64,000 nucleotides of DNA from Bispira polyomma (Eukaryota). The notes beneath the pieces are model-generated. The model had not been told where the DNA came from and made no database searches. It saw only the letters and a list, made by a program, of their open reading frames with translations. The DNA lies in the NCBI GenBank assembly GCA_965649765.1, contig OZ287751.1, forward strand, positions 96,038,001-96,102,000. Reading direction: 5' to 3'. The position numbers were made by a program, and so were the translations under genes. The stretch's first letter is position 1. Every line of letters begins with the position of its first letter. Of the stretch, positions 40,901 to 51,611 are shown piece after piece.

Positions 40901-43900
40901 GGGGACTGTTGGGGCATTGGTGGAGGTATGTACTTTACTGAGTACCTGACTAGTTTAACATGTTGGGGACTGTGAGGCTTTGATGGAGGTGTGTACTTTA
41001 CTGAGTACCCGACTAGTTTAACATTTGGGGACTGTAAGGCCTTGGAATAGGTATGTACTCTACCGAGTGCTCCACTAGTTTAACATGTTGGGGACTGTGG
41101 GGGCATTAGTGAAGGTATGTTTTTTACTGAGTACCTGACTAGTTTAACATGTTGGGGACTGTGAGGCCTTGGTAGAGGTATGTACTCTACCGAGTGCTCT
41201 ACTAGTTTAACATGTTGGGGACTGTTGGGGCATTGGTGGAGGTATGTACTTTACTGAGTACCTGACTAGTTTAACATGTTGGGGACTGTGAGGCTTTGAT
41301 GGAGGTGTGTACTTTACTGAGTACCCGACTAGTTTAACATTTGGGGACTGTAAGGCCTTGGAATAGGTATGTACTCTACCGAGTGCTCCACTAGTTTAAC
41401 ATGTTGGGGACTGTGGGGGCATTGGTGAAGGTATATTTTCTACTGAGTGCTTATCTAGTTTAACATGTTGGGGACTGTGAGGCCTTGGCGGAGGTATGTA
41501 CTCTACTGAGTGCTCTTGTTGGCATTGATTTTCTACTGTATATGTACAAAATTCCTTGCCATATGTGTTGATCCGGTCAAATTTGTGGATAAATTGTATG
41601 TATGCAACAAATATACTCTGATCTCTTATGTCAATGGACTAAAAATGTTTGCACATTTGCACTTATAAAGTAAGATTATTATGAACATATTACTTTAAGT
41701 GGGAAACACTTCTTTTTCTATGTATATAGTTAATGAGCCGATCACACAGTAAGTAGTTTAACTGTTGTTTTTCTATCAACTATTATAACAAACTTCAGCT
41801 TTGCACTCTGAAATAAATTTAAAAATTTATAATGACAAATGTTAAAGGCTGATCTTACCAAGCACTGGTGGAAGATCGTTACGGAAAAAATACCATAAAA
41901 TTTTGTAAAAGATTATCGGTTTTGGCTACAGCTCTACATTTATTTATTACTATTTATGATTTTTCTACCTCTTTTACATTGATTTTGTCTTATTTTGCTG
42001 TTCTATATTGTGAATTTACCTAGAAACAATAAATACCCTGTTATTGTCCACTCTGTTTAGCAGGAGTGGTCCGTACTCTACATTTACTTATTACCACTAT
42101 GATATTTTTACCCCTTTTACATTGATTTTGTCTTATTTTGCTGTTCTATATTGTGAATTTACCTAGAAACCATACATACCCTAATATAGTTCACTCCGTT
42201 TGGCGGGAGTGGGCCGTACTCTATATTTATTTATTACCATTTATGATTTTGGCGGGAGTGGGCCGTACTCTACTTTTACTTATTACTATTTAGGACTTTC
42301 CTACCCTTTTACATTGATTTTGTCTTATTTTGCTGTTCTATATTGTAAAGTTTACCTACATACCATAAATACTCCAATATCGTTCATTCCGTTTGGCAGG
42401 TACTCTACATTTATTTTGTAAAAGATCGTTGGTTTTGGCTACATCTCTACATATATTTATTACCATTTATGATTTTTCTACCCCTTTTACATTGATTTTG
42501 TCTAATTTTGATGTTCTATATTGTCTCTTTCAAATTAGTCTCATTTTTATGTTGCTACATGTTGGTGTGGTTGTACTTAGCTTAAGGTCATGCTATAGTG
42601 TGGGGTGTTAGGGTGCCTGTGAGTTGCCCACAGGACGAAGAATTGTACGATGACTTGTAGGGACATATTTTCTGAGGCTCCCCACTGTTGAGTTCAGTTT
42701 AAGGGTTTCTTCTTTTCTACAACCTCACTAGTCATGTTTTTCCTTCGGGTTGTCCTTTTTAGCGCTGTTTGCAGTGGCTATTGCTTATAGGTATGAGTGG
42801 TTGCATCCCAGAGGAGCTCATACATCTGCTACCTCATTGGCTAAAGTTACAAAAAAATTTTGGATCTCATTTGATCTCCTTGTGATCAGGATACTATTGT
42901 GGATCTCAGTCTGCAATTTCATATCGGATCTTGCATTAGTCAAATGCTCAATTGTTTCTCCCAGACAGGTGGCTCATATTCCTAATACAGTGCATTATAG
43001 GAGGTACCACCGTATAATCATGTCTGACCTCCGCACTGATCTCAAGAAAACTTCCTTCGTTAAGTCACCAGCCAATTCTGTAGCTAAACTTTATAAACAA
43101 TACATACATGACTTGGGTGATGTACTAGATAAGCATGCACCACTTGTATCTAGAATGTCAAAGACAGATTCTGTACATTGGCTTTCTGCTTCATACTGTC
43201 GGGAAAAGTCTTTCAGGCGCCAATATAAAAGAACTTGGCAAAGGGCCAAGAACCCATTGAATAAAAGTCGACTTCGTCGCCAGATTACTCGGTGCATTGT
43301 ACTTGTTAACGAGGATAAGTTGGAGTATTATAGCAAACTTATCTCCGACAACAGTCACAACTCCAGGAAGCTATGGCACAAACTGCTCAAGATCCTTAAT
43401 ATAGATACCAATGTGGCACTCACGTCCCATGAATCCGATAAGTCACTAGTTGACAAGTTTGCTCCCTCTTTTTTTTCTAACAAAATTAAGAGAATTAGAG
43501 ATACTTTTGTTGTTTCTGGAACTAAAATTGATGTTCATCCTCTTTCTGATCCTCCAGAAATTACTGCCTTTACCAGAGTCTCTGAAGATGATGTTAATAA
43601 AATAATTAGTAACTCACCTACAAAATCCTGCATGTTGGATCCATGGTCAACATCTCTCATCAAAGAATGTGGTGATAAATTACTCTCATCTATTACAAAG
43701 CTTGTAAACTGCTCACTTACTGAGGGACATGTACCTGATGGTTTTAAAACAGCTGTGGTTACTCCTCTTATTAAGAAGGCTTCTCTTCCAGTTGATTACC
43801 TAAAGAATTATCGCCCTGTATCTGGTCTTAGTTTCATATCAAAACTGGTTGAACATGTGGTTGCTAAGCAACTGTTAGATCATATCCTTGTCCATGACTT

Positions 43901-45202
43901 AGAAAACCCATACCAGTTTGTGTATAAAACAGGTAATTCGACTGAAACAGCTCTTCTGTCTATAAAAAATGAAGTTCACCATCTTTGTCACGAGGCAAAC
44001 CTACTGCCCTGGTATTGCTCCACCTCTCTGCTGCCTTTGACACCATTGATCATTCCACTCTTCTCAGTTGTCTTCAGACTTGGTTTGGAGTTAGGGGCTC
44101 TGTTCTCAAATGGTTCACTTCCTACTTAACTGATTGTTATCAGTCGATAAAAATTGGCTCTACTTTGTCCGATCTTTGTAAACTCTTCTTTAATGTTCCT
44201 CAACGTTCTGTTTTGGGCCCTCTGTTGTTCTCATTATACATAGCCCCTTTCAGATTGGTGATCGGCAAATACAAAGGTATTAAGTTTCATTTTTATGCAG
44301 ATGATACCCAAATTCACTTTTCAGGAGTCTCTCAAAGTTGAAATTACATAAATTACAATGCATTCAAAATAGTGCAGCTAGAACACCAGTCGATACACCA
44401 GTATAACTCCTGTTCTCCTGAAATTGCATTGGCTTCCTGTTGAACAGCGTACAGTGTTTAAAACAGCTACACTTGTTTATAAGTTTCTTCACACTGGGTT
44501 TCCAAGGTATTTTGCCCCATATCTTTCTACTTACAGTAGTTCCTACAATACCAGACGCAGTTAGAGTGGTAGTAATTTCCTTGTCGTTCAAAAGCTCCAC
44601 CCATCTACTCAAAAGTCACAGTTTAGTCACAGCTTTGCTTTTGATGCTCCCATTGTTTGGAATGCTCTTCCTGATGTGTTTCGTGCTTCCCCCCACTAGC
44701 CTCTTTTAGAAAGCAGCTTAAAACCCACTTATACATCAAAGCATACCCACCTTAGTCTCAATCATTTCCCGGGGCAGTCTGTGGTGCTCGAACGTTTTCT
44801 GTCCCTTGATATTGGAAATTGGATTACTGTCTTTTTTTTACACCAATAATTCAAGGGAAAATTAACACATTGTAAAATTCCAAAATAATATCGCTAGATT
44901 ATAGAAGATTGACCCATCTTGTTAAACTACTGTCAATATATAGACATTTTACCATAATTAAAGACCCACAATCCTGGCAAAAAGGGACACAAGGATATTA
45001 ACTTGAAAAAATAATTAATTTGGCAAGTAAATTGAATACATGTCATTATTGTAGCAACACATTGTAATAGCCCTCACCTTCCCTTCTTCAGTGCTTCTTT
45101 AAATTTGTCCAGGTGATTATCCTTAAATTGTTTACAAATGCCGTAAGCCCTAATATCAACAACCTCATTGATGGCCTCCAAATATTCAGCAAACTGACCC
45201 AT
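20932..45202 (-). CDS. Copy A (complete, 17 exons, ~1139 aa): HEAT/ARM-like helical region - coiled coil - Death domain - TIR - TIR - CCaX protein
   Basis: Exons assembled by hand, all with GT..AG boundaries and matching phases: 45078-45202, 39851-39968, 37777-37895, 36987-37110, 36110-36243, 33937-34090, 32669-32867, 32135-32280, 30226-30438, 29485-29699, 28665-28896, 28097-28370, 27782-27908, 27443-27575, 23287-23521, 21838-21941, 20932-21699. They sum to 3420 nt of open frame, from MGQFAEYLEAINEVVD to KKSSSCCML*. Twelve of the 17 exons have matching exons in copies B or C, ten of them identical in length. A further upstream exon cannot be excluded. Confidence 0.88.
22200..22900 (-). mobile_element. 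L2-group LINE fragment
   Basis: ANSLVSSHLSYCNSLL, a VKNLFV/FDQHINNICR-like segment and an LWNSLP-like segment. Confidence 0.65.
23287..27908 (-). CDS. First TIR (TIR_2-type) domain of copy A, split over exons 13-15
   Basis: VFISYQWG...[63 protein letters not shown] contains box 1 FISY, WxD, the BB-loop GD, SxNCxxE and KPIIP motifs. Confidence 0.9.
23573..26962. mobile_element. TA-flanked TIR element (Tc1/mariner-type target site) with nested LINE pieces, in intron 14 of copy A
   Basis: Left end ta|CACCCGTAATCCTCGAGTTGAAC; right end reverse complement ta|CACCCATCTTCCCCAAGTTGAAC. The paralogous intron of copy C lacks it (985 bp vs 3.9 kb). Confidence 0.6.
24623..24862. repeat. 51-bp tandem repeat x ~4-5
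   Basis: ATCTG(C/A)AACA at 24741, 24792 and 24843. Reads as 17-aa repeats (LLQMLSSHxxPSRKIP) in ORF 24539-24853. Confidence 0.8.
28097..28370 (-). CDS. Death-domain exon (exon 12) of copy A
   Basis: Translates as [91 protein letters not shown]. It shows Death-fold hallmarks: DWRxLAxxLG, P...hhxxW and MxRxDA. It is absent from the ORF track. Confidence 0.85.
28665..28896 (-). CDS. Coiled-coil exon (exon 11) of copy A
   Basis: [78 protein letters not shown] forms 11 continuous heptads with Val/Leu at position a. The paralogous exon is 61763-61994. Confidence 0.85.
30675..31155 (-). mobile_element. L2-group LINE fragment
   Basis: ORF 30828-31085 reads RNLGVLFDSDFSFSSHI...LRRIRRYL...ANALVGSRLDYCNSL, with an AT-rich tail near 30675-30690. 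Confidence 0.8.
35300..35513 (-). mobile_element. tRNA-derived SINE
   Basis: Minus-strand head GGGGCTCTGATGGTGTAATGGTAACAC...GGGTTCTAATGTC has an A-box and a degenerate B-box, with a short repetitive tail near 35305-35325. It does not form a full cloverleaf. Confidence 0.5.
38070..39037. mobile_element. Non-autonomous TIR element (MITE) in intron 2 of copy A
   Basis: Imperfect TIRs: GCTGTCTCACTATCCC on the left and GCTGCTCTCACACTATCCC as the right reverse complement. Many internal ATCGGGA/TCCCGAT motifs and no coding capacity. Confidence 0.65.
40110..40335. repeat. Minisatellite, ~38-bp unit x ~6
   Basis: Repeats of AATATAACAGATATACATGGGTTAAATGAGGCTAAT with variants. Confidence 0.85.
40580..41516. 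repeat. Minisatellite, ~63-bp unit x ~15, with a 316-bp (5-unit) higher-order repeat
   Basis: Unit approximately CATGTTGGGGACTGTGAGGCCTTGGTAGAGGTATGTACTCTACCGAGTGCTCTACTAGTTTAA. The variant ACTCTACCGAGTGCTCCACT recurs at 40741, 41057 and 41373. Confidence 0.95.
41905..42525. repeat. Degenerate ~140-bp tandem repeat x ~4
   Basis: CTTTTACATTGATTTTGTCTTATTTTGCTGTTCTATATTGT recurs at ~41970, 42114, 42306 and 42484 (last copy variant). Confidence 0.8.
42960..44760 (+). mobile_element. 5'-truncated L2/CR1-group LINE ORF2 in intron 1 of copy A, antisense to the gene
   Basis: KSCMLDPW, FKTAVVTPLIKK, NYRPVSGLSFISKLVE and STETALL; a frameshift near 43985; LSAAFDTIDH, SVLGPLLFSLY and YADDTQI; an internal deletion; then IQNSAAR and LHWLPVEQR. 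Confidence 0.9.
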
Positions 45203-45493
45203 TCTATATGTGTTTGATTTATCTCACCACAATATATTTTTCAAGAGTATCTAATAATAAATTATACTCTGTACTTGTGGGTCAAAAAAATCTGGCCAAA
45301 TTATTTATTGAAGTATAGTGTTGTTATTTTTACTAGTTACAGTTGTAGTAAACTTGATGTACATTCACTGTCAGACCATAAATATATAAATGTATTTTAA
45401 GAAACACTATGACAAAACCTTAAACATTGATATTTATTCCACTCTCATGCTATACAGCCTGATATTCCATAAATACACTGGTTGTTTATATTA

Positions 45494-45641
45494 TGCTCGC
45501 TCCCCACAAAATATTAACAACACATTGATTATCTCCCACGCGTTCCAAAAGTGTCAGCATAAATACGTATGCTCGCTCCCCACAAAATATTAACAACACA
45601 TTGATTATCTCCCACGTGTTCCAAAAGTGTCAGCATAAATA
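45494..45641. repeat. 76-bp tandem duplication upstream of the copy A start codon
   Basis: TGCTCGCTCCCCACAAAATATTAACAACACATTGATTATCTCCCACG at 45494 and 45570. Single copy in paralogue B (~9515-9590). Confidence 0.85.
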
Positions 45642-47249
45642 TCTAACTCTTGTTTGTTTGAATACCAAAGCAAATGACATTTGTAGTCTATATTTGTTCA
45701 TATATTCATATATGAGTCACGAGACGATAGGTATATAGTTCAATATTTATGGAAAGGTATGTAAATATTAGTAATTGGACTTGGTTGATAGGTGCCAATA
45801 AATTGAAATAGGACTTAACGTCACTTAAATGAGTTATACAACTAACACGCCTTTACATTATTAGCCTTGATGGGGCAAGCTCGGGAAAAAATCCCTTATT
45901 TAAACATAGTTTTAATATATAGATAAACACGAAGTGGCATTACATTACGTTAACTTAATGAATTCAAGTTAGGGTTAACTTATTCATTTTTCAAAATTGT
46001 GGTCACCTAAACAGTTTAAGAATTTAATTTATGGTAACCTTACTTTTTAAACTTACACTCATCTTATGGTTACCTTAAACTCAACTTCATTTAAGGTCAC
46101 CTTATGCCCTCCACATGCTAAACTGTATATAGTAGTTTCTAACATTCTAGTCAACTAATAAACTTATGAACCACAGTCTTTTCTTTGTTTCAAATATTAA
46201 GTGACTCATAGTCTCTGCTCTGGTTCCTGGGAACTGTGTTCTGTAGTTGACTTGTACTAAAAGATAAACTCTGGGATTGGAACATAAGCTCAGAATCAGT
46301 CTATGTTGCACTGTTTTTCAGATATTGGACCATGGCCATCTAAACTGGAAAGTTCTCATAATGTTTTGAAAGTTAACTAACGAGACATAGGATGTTTTTG
46401 GTCTCAGATTTGGTCTCAAAGTTAAGACTAGTTGGAAGGTGTCTTAAATAGTTGGTTATGGTTAATATTAATAAATTTATATACTACATGGTTATTTTTT
46501 TTTTTTGCTAAAATGTATACTACAAATCTTATTTGAAATTATAGTACACAAATAATACCAATTTTAATGTCTTTTAATGTGTTTACATTTTAGAGATTTG
46601 AGATTTTGTCTCGGTTTAGTCTCAGCTGAGACCTTTTCTGTGAATAGTAATTTAGAATTTGTCTGAACTGTTTTTTGTTCGAAACTGCAGACCTCTTTGT
46701 GAATACGGCCCCAGATTGTCAGATCGAACCAGAATGATAATAAAGATATTGTTAGTTATAGATTGACTGTATATCCAAAATTGGTAAAAAAGTTTTCACA
46801 AAGGAGACTATTGATTAAATGCTCATATCTCGGTAAGTATAGGTGATACAGATGTTCAGATTACATATTTGTGAAGCCAGACATATAGGCTTTACTTGCC
46901 TGTATTGCCTACAGTTGGACTTATTTATAGAGAAAATGTCATTCCTAGAAAATAATTGGACTTTTCATTGGGATAAGTCGGTAGGCCTTATTGACGAAGC
47001 CTCCGACTACAGGTCCGGTGGTTCCTGCTGGTACATTTTTAGTACCCCAGCTGGTGCCCCCCATACAGACACTCAAAACCAATCTATCACTTATCAACCA
47101 ACTCCAAGCGCATTCTATACAGAACGATCTTTCCAACCAATAACTATGTCCCTGTCAACGAAACCAAACCCAACCCTATCTTGTACCATAACATGGAAGA
47201 CTACCCTTCCTCAACATCGTCTAGCCCCGTCGTTTGGACCTGGTCCAGC

Positions 47250-47700
47250 ATCTCAGCTATCTGGGCAACCAAAAGAAGGTTTTTGACTTTGTAGGGTACC
47301 AGTATGCCAGGCTGACCATTGCTATGCTACAACAGGACAGGTGCTCAGTGAGACAGTTCATGTCCTTAATAGTCCCATGACCCCTAACCGTCAGCCAGAC
47401 AGTTCATATCCCTAATAGTGCTACTAACCTCCACCAAGAAATTAGTTTATTTAGATGGCCACATCTCTAAAGGTGTGTGTTTAGTTTTTCCAGAAACCAA
47501 GTTTTACATCAATTATGTAAAACTCAAGGCAGTACTCCAGACACTGAAATAATTCGAGAAGCTAGTACTACATGTAGTTGCCACAGAAAACACCACTGCA
47601 GTGATGTCCTTCAGCAACAAGAGAGGGGCACCTTCACCCAATTCTATAGGATGTTGCTTGGGCTGACAAAGATTCATTCCACTTTAGTCCAGTGATGGCT
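47250..47700 (+). mobile_element. Possible relic of a DIRS1-like RT/RNase H
   Basis: Short motifs only: FDFVGYQY near 47280-47305 and ENTTAVMSFSNKRGAPS near 47585-47635, resembling the DIRS RNase H motif DNxTxVxYINKxGGT. Confidence 0.35.
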
Positions 47701-49759
47701 GCCCACTGAACCGTCTTGTATATTATAATAATTAAGATAATACTAGTGTAATTGATTTAATTCCTGGTTTGTACAGTGCTTAAGATTGGGATGGATAATT
47801 AATACTTCTCTGACTTCAGTTTAAGAGGGTTCTTGTGTAATTAGATACCCTTTCGTATATCTCGCATCATTCATTAATCTTCATCAACCAATCACTTCTC
47901 TCCTCAGGCTTCATCTCCTGATTGGTTATTGGGTCCTTAGAATTGACACCTCCTCTAGAGGTCAGGAAGAAGGGGCATACCATCTTGATGCACCATTAAA
48001 CTGGTGACCAGGTACTGCACCTAGGCATAGTCATTTTAATTTGTTTCTATAAGGACCTTACCACCTTACTAGTATACTGCCCTCCTTCTTTTGTGAAGTT
48101 ATTCTAGATATTGTCTATCGAGTAAGGACATAAAAAAGTTTAATACTAATATACTTACCTGATAGATATGGAAGTACCACCCTGTCTCCCTACTTGTGTC
48201 AGTATAGTTGTAAAATAGGTGGGCCAAAACCTTTAGACGAGGTACATGTGATCAATATTGTGGTTAGTTATAAGATATATGAAATCACAGTGTTAACAGG
48301 GGCGTAGTTAGTGTAGCCCAGGCGTACTAATTTAATGATAGAAAAAAAATTAATGACCAAATTACTCTCGACCTTCCCACCTCCCAAGAACCCAAGAATA
48401 TATGTTGGCACACTAAAATCAACAGAATAAAACAATTAATGACAGAAGAAGTCGCCCCCCACTCGAGTCGAAATTATGGTAGCATAAAAAAAACATAGCA
48501 TTTGGATAACTTTAGGAGTACCAATTGAAAAATCCTGGCTGCTGCCATGGTCAAAAGTCCAATGTCAAGTTTAATAAATTTCATACAGGGGGCAAAAAGG
48601 TCCAATCCTACTTAATTGCATTACTGGTTAAATATTGATTATAAAACTGGCTGAAACAAACCATTAAACGAAATAACCACATTAAAAGTACGAAAAAGAG
48701 GAAAGAAGGAAAGAATTACATAAATCACATATGTTGGTCTACTTACTTGACATTCAGCAGATACCTATACTAGTTGAGCATTGGAAAGTACTTAAACAAA
48801 GTAATTTTTACCATAATCTTCAATCCGGAAAAGTAACACATTGGATTTTACACATCGGCTACATGTTTGACCACAAGAGCAATGGACCCTTATCTTTATT
48901 ACACTATCACACCTGCTAACGTATCACATGACATGATAACACATGCCACCAAACTTAGGCTCAAATTATTGAAGCCATCACAACAATAAGCATTGCAAGG
49001 TGTACATATACAGAAACCAGAATAATCTAGCAAATTGAAATGATAATCTTTTTGGCGGTATAACAGCTGATGTTGATGTGACAGATCAAAGTAGCAGAGG
49101 TCCACGATTTTTGTTAAAAAAAAATACTAAAATTAAAAAATATATGGTCTAATGTACAAAAATGTCATAAATCATCTCTGGAGCCAAAAATAGTGTCTCC
49201 CATAACCCTTTAAACACACTTTTGTTATTAATATTACATATCATAAAGACGAATGTACAAAATATAAAACTGATGTACAGTGTATATGGCAAAACTATAT
49301 TGTATTATAACATGTACTTGAAAGACCATTGTTCATGGAATAATAGGATTTTGTTTTCTTTTATCTTTGTACTTTAATACTGTCGTGGTCAATTAAAAAG
49401 TCATAACAGATAACTTTAAATATTTCCTCAGTTCATTATTACAGTATAATACATTTTAAGTCAGGCATAATATATTTGATAATGTCTGTAATTCTTTGAC
49501 AATAATGGGGAGGGGGGGGGAGTAATATATAAAAAGCTACAAAATTTTCCATTCAGCTACAGTATCTCGAGAGTAGACTTTAACTGACAATCAAAAAGAC
49601 AGGGTATTAGTTCAGTCCACAGGGTAACCTCAGAATAGAGAGTTGTTAAGAAATGAAAACTAGCACAAGCACACTTTGGGCATTTTATTTATACACACAC
49701 TCTAACATATATCACTAATAGGTTAGTCTTGTTAAAACATTCACTACACTAATACGTAC

Positions 49760-50160
49760 AAGATAAGGTGACCTGAGAAGTTAATGTCACCTTATATACT
49801 TAAGTTAGCCTTTACTTTCTATTGAACGAGTGACTTAAGGTCACCTTTTCTATTACAAAATACATTTACTAAATTGACACAGGGTGACTTAAGATCCAGT
49901 AATTGTTACGAGTTTAAGGTGACATTTAATTAAGGAAAGTATTTTCACTTTAAGGTTCACTTGAAGTAACTCTCTCTCCCAGCACACGTTATGACACCTA
50001 TCGCCCCCTTACAGGGGTATATATATCCCTGGTCACGCACTGGTCACTGCAGGCTGCATCATTTCTGAAACAGGGTGGAGAGGCGATGGGTTTATAACTT
50101 AAGGTAGTAAGGTGGCCTCCTCATACTGACATTAAGTGCTTCGCAGCTTATACACTTTTT

Positions 50161-50222
<62 letters not shown>

Positions 50223-51478
50223 GTGAAACCTAGAAATTATAATGGCATCAAAAAGGAGACCACAAAAGAGGGGATGAAGACAGTGGAAGGGAACCAGAGC
50301 AGGAAGTAAATTAAAACATGGGGGAGGCAGCAGATGTGGTCATTTCAGAATCACATGTGCCTGAGAGGACACAGGATGAAGGGAAACAGGATGAAGGGAC
50401 CCAGGACCTAGAGACATAGGACACAGCTGGGGATAGTGAATTGGCTGGCTTCAACAGGAGACAGAAAAAGGGAAATTGTGAACAGTGCTACTAACAGATG
50501 ATCAAGAGGAGGCCGTGGTAGACTTCACTAGAACTTACTCAGAGACAGACATGGTGAAGGATAACTTTGACTTTCTCAGGCTACTTATTATCCACCATGA
50601 CTGGGTTAAAGCCAATACTACCATTGTCCCTTGGAACAGCTCCTCGTTCACCCACTTCCGTGGGATCACAGTCAGACAGTGACCATGGGGAAACAGAGAT
50701 GGAGTCTTCAATCCTCATGGGACGATTTATTGGTTGTCTGCCAGCCTTTCTAAGCAGTCATCAACCTGTGTCATGTCTACCCCTCACCCAGAAGTGACAC
50801 TTTCTGCAGGTCTAAGGAAGAATCTGGGTAGAATGGAGGATAGTATCTCTGGGTTTCTGAAGGAGGCCACCGGCAAGACCAAGACTGAGAGACCCAGGGG
50901 TGGCTTCATTAACTGGTTGTCTCTGAAAGCTGAGAAACTCTCAGATCAATACTTCCACTATTTTAGGAGGGATTTCTTCAACCTTGTTATAAACCTACAA
51001 GAGAGGACTTTACCAAAGCAACACTAACAGGCAGGGCAGTATGTTTACCAACAGTCCCCATCACAACTAATCCGAATGACAAAGCTAAGTGAGGGTATAT
51101 ATATTTTATTATATATGTGTATATAAAATATGTAATATTGTAAAGTATATATATATATATATATCTAACTACCATATATATTTACATCTCGTGATAAGAT
51201 TACACATTCAGTTTAAGTCTATAACACATTTAAATCTTCAAGTTAAGTTTGAACTTAACTTACATTAATCTTTAAATTGAACCGTCAAGTTAACTTGGCT
51301 CATATAATTCTTTAATTTACATTTTACATATTGACTTTAAGTTGACATCTAAAACCTCAAGCTAAGGTCACCTTACCGTAAGGTAAAACTTTTGACATTG
51401 AGTTTCCAAATTTTTGGGGTGACCCTAACTTGAGGGTCCAGTATGAAGTTAAGGTGACCTTAGCTTGGCATCAGGCTC
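49760..51478 (+). mobile_element. Harbinger-like derivative carrying a partner-ORF relic and subterminal palindromes
   Basis: ORF 50734-51027 contains RGGFINWLSLKAEKLSDQYFHYFRRD, similar to the 5084-5521 relic. Both ends carry clusters of TAAGGT(C/G)ACCTTA-like palindromes. Confidence 0.5.
50164..50216. repeat. (TA)n microsatellite
   Basis: Pure TA run. A (TA)n/(GATA)n run also lies at ~34904-34950. Confidence 0.95.
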
Positions 51479-51611
51479 TAATTTTACCTGTGCTTTTTAG
51501 GTATAGAAGTATACACAACCTCAAACCCAACAGTAGAAGTAGCCCACATCAGGTTGTAGCCAATATCTTCTGGAAAGTGGTAGCCACTTGTGAACCTTTT
51601 GAACTATCAGA

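Noticed and set aside
40580-41516. CRISPR-like array
   Set aside because: The whole 63-bp unit repeats, with no unique spacers. There are no cas genes and the context is a eukaryotic intron.
42750-42960. Hydrophobic N-terminus of the 459-aa ORF as a signal peptide or domesticated LINE protein
   Set aside because: The ORF begins at a TTG, LINE similarity starts only near 42990, and the RT is frameshifted and internally deleted. Chance read-through is more likely.
45185-45202. N-myristoylation at Met-Gly (MGQFAE / MGRFAE)
   Set aside because: Gly2 is conserved, but residue 6 is Glu rather than Ser/Thr, and Arg at position 3 in copy B is unfavourable. The true start is also unconfirmed.
20932-45202. 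Naming the gene MYD88 or SARM1
   Set aside because: There are no SAM domains, and it has two TIRs plus a large N-terminal region and CCaX end that neither gene has. Orthology cannot be supported from the sequence.
48740-48850. Non-coding first exon or promoter of copy A (minus-strand GTAAGT donor at ~48746)
   Set aside because: A lone donor-like hexamer with no clear counterpart in copy B; needs transcript data.
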